From Carpediemonas membranifera BICM (lineage: Eukaryota > Protista > Fornicata): a DNA stretch of 64,000 bases. Numbering within the stretch: the stretch's first letter is position 1; the number at the start of each line of letters is the position of its first letter. A program made the translations under genes and the position numbers. Below the pieces are notes generated by a model. It was not told where the DNA came from, ran no database searches, and worked only from the letters and a program-made list of their open reading frames with translations. Below, in pieces: positions 62,502 to 64,000 of the stretch. The stretch is taken from the NCBI GenBank assembly GCA_019828565.1, contig JAHDYR010000034.1:1-64000 (forward strand), in the 5' to 3' direction.

Positions 62502-64000
62502 ATGCAACCTATGGCTTCTAGAAACAATTCTAGGGCTTCAACTCCAAGAATACGGCGTGGTGATTCCGTTGTAGCATTAGATCAAGTCAAAAATCTCACC
62601 AATGCTGGTATTGCGACAAGTCCTGAAAATGTGAAGGTTGTGGTCCGTGTTCGCCCGCCAAACAACAGGGAAACAACTCTGGATGTTGTTGCAGAGGCAG
62701 ATGAACCAAATACGATTCACGTACGGCAGGTGACGAAGACGTTTGACCGCGTCTTCGGGCCGGGGTCCAAGCAGTCGCAGGTATATAACGACGTGGCCTC
62801 CAACTCCGTCTCAGCTGTGCTCGACGGCTTCAACTCGACGATCATCGCCTACGGTCAGACGGGTACCGGTTTGTTTCATGGCCCATCCCGCGGCTCCCCA
62901 CACTTACACAGGCAAGACGTACACGATGACCGGGGGTGGGGCCGAGGTGGACCTCAACTCCCCGACGTCGGTCCCGGAGGAGCACGTTGCGGACAGTGTC
63001 GAGGACAGCGCGGGTATCATACCCCGGGCCGCCTCGCACATCTTCCGGTTCGTTCAGGACAAGCTCGATGAGGTCGAGATCAATGTCTACTGCTCCTACT
63101 GCGAGATATACAACGAGCGTCTGTTCGACCTGCTCTACCTGCGGGACTCGGACCACGACCTCCCAGGCCACCTCGGCCCGGGCATTGTAAGCGTCCTCCC
63201 GACAGCTGCCAGCAACGGTACGAGAGCGGCGCTGAGCGCGCTGCAGCAGCTTGAGATCCGGGAGGACAAGGAGCGCGGCATCTTCGTCCAGGGTCTGACC
63301 GAGGTGCTGTGCTCGTCCGTGCAGGACGTGCTTTCCCTTATCGCCCAGGGCGTCAAGAACAGGGCCGTCCGGGCCACTGACTACAACGCCTGGTCGTCAC
63401 GGTCGCACTCGATCTTCCAGCTCATCGTGGAGAGCCGCCCCATCGATGGCCGGGAACCCATTATCACGAGGTCGAAGCTGAACCTTGTTGACCTGGCGGG
63501 GTCCGAGAAGTGGCGCACCCACATGGAGATGCAGGTCGACCGCATCGCCGAGCTGACGGCGATCAACCAGTCGCTGTCGACGCTGGGCAAGTGCATCCAC
63601 GCCCTCACACAGGCCGGGCGATCCCACATCCCATTCAGAGACTCGAAGCTGACCCGGCTGCTGGCGGACTCCCTTGGTGGCAACGCCAAGACGGTCTTCA
63701 TCGTAACGGTGTCGCCCTCGGTCCTCAATGAAGAGGAGACGCTCAGCACGGTCAAGTTCGCCGACAGGGCGAAGCGGGTCGTCACGCACGTGAAGCGGAA
63801 CGAGGTCCTCGACGGCACGATGCTCATCAAGCGGTACGAGGCGGAGATCCATCGGCTGCGGACCCTGTTGTCCAAGGGCGGCGTGGCCGAGGACTCCCAA
63901 CGGCTGGCCGCCTCCGAGGAGGAGAACCTGCGGCTCCGGGAGGAGAACTCGCGGCTGACCCGGCAGCTGTACCTCGTCCGGGAGGAGAACCGCGCCCTGG
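62502..64000 (+). CDS. Kinesin motor (runs off the window); 43-nt intron 62869-62911
   Basis: NVKVVVRVRP; splicing GTTTGT...CTTACACAG restores GQTGTGKT; SSRSHS, DLAGSE, HIPFRDSKLT. Confidence 0.93.

Noticed and set aside
1-64000. tRNA/rRNA genes and telomeric repeats
   Set aside because: None recognised by eye; tRNAscan-SE or Infernal would be needed to exclude small RNAs.

Overview
Gene-dense, GC-rich eukaryotic DNA with tiny spliceosomal introns (28-43 nt), very short intergenic spaces, TAAA motifs just after stop codons, flagellar genes and anaerobe-type prokaryote-like enzymes. By inference it comes from a metamonad (Fornicata, Carpediemonas-like) protist. Positions 1-11.3 kb are a degraded accessory zone: frameshifted SET and Swt1-like HEPN genes, local duplications, and Ty3/Gypsy and DIRS remnants. 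The top finding is the minus-strand gene at 11374-14144. After two micro-introns are removed it encodes a 903-aa polypeptide that appears to contain all four GINS subunits fused in the order Psf3-Psf1-Psf2-Sld5. Next is a cluster of prokaryote-type genes: XdhC, acylphosphatase, an antiphage-type SIR2+TPR protein, an apparently catalytically dead GDH-like protein, rubrerythrin and a HAD phosphatase. Housekeeping genes follow (kinesins, RPC11, ING, CFAP96-like, KXD1-like, Kelch, a variant histone H3 with a 3' stem-loop, FG-nucleoporin, WD40, TMEM18). A near-identical 3.7-kb inverted duplication (alpha-tubulin + CNNM) flanks a 9.7-kb segment holding RhoGEF, ZW10 and two receptor kinases that share an almost identical kinase module. 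The window ends with TBC, EF-hand, homeodomain, Rab and kinesin genes. All family assignments are by-eye motif matches against remembered sequences; no database search was run.
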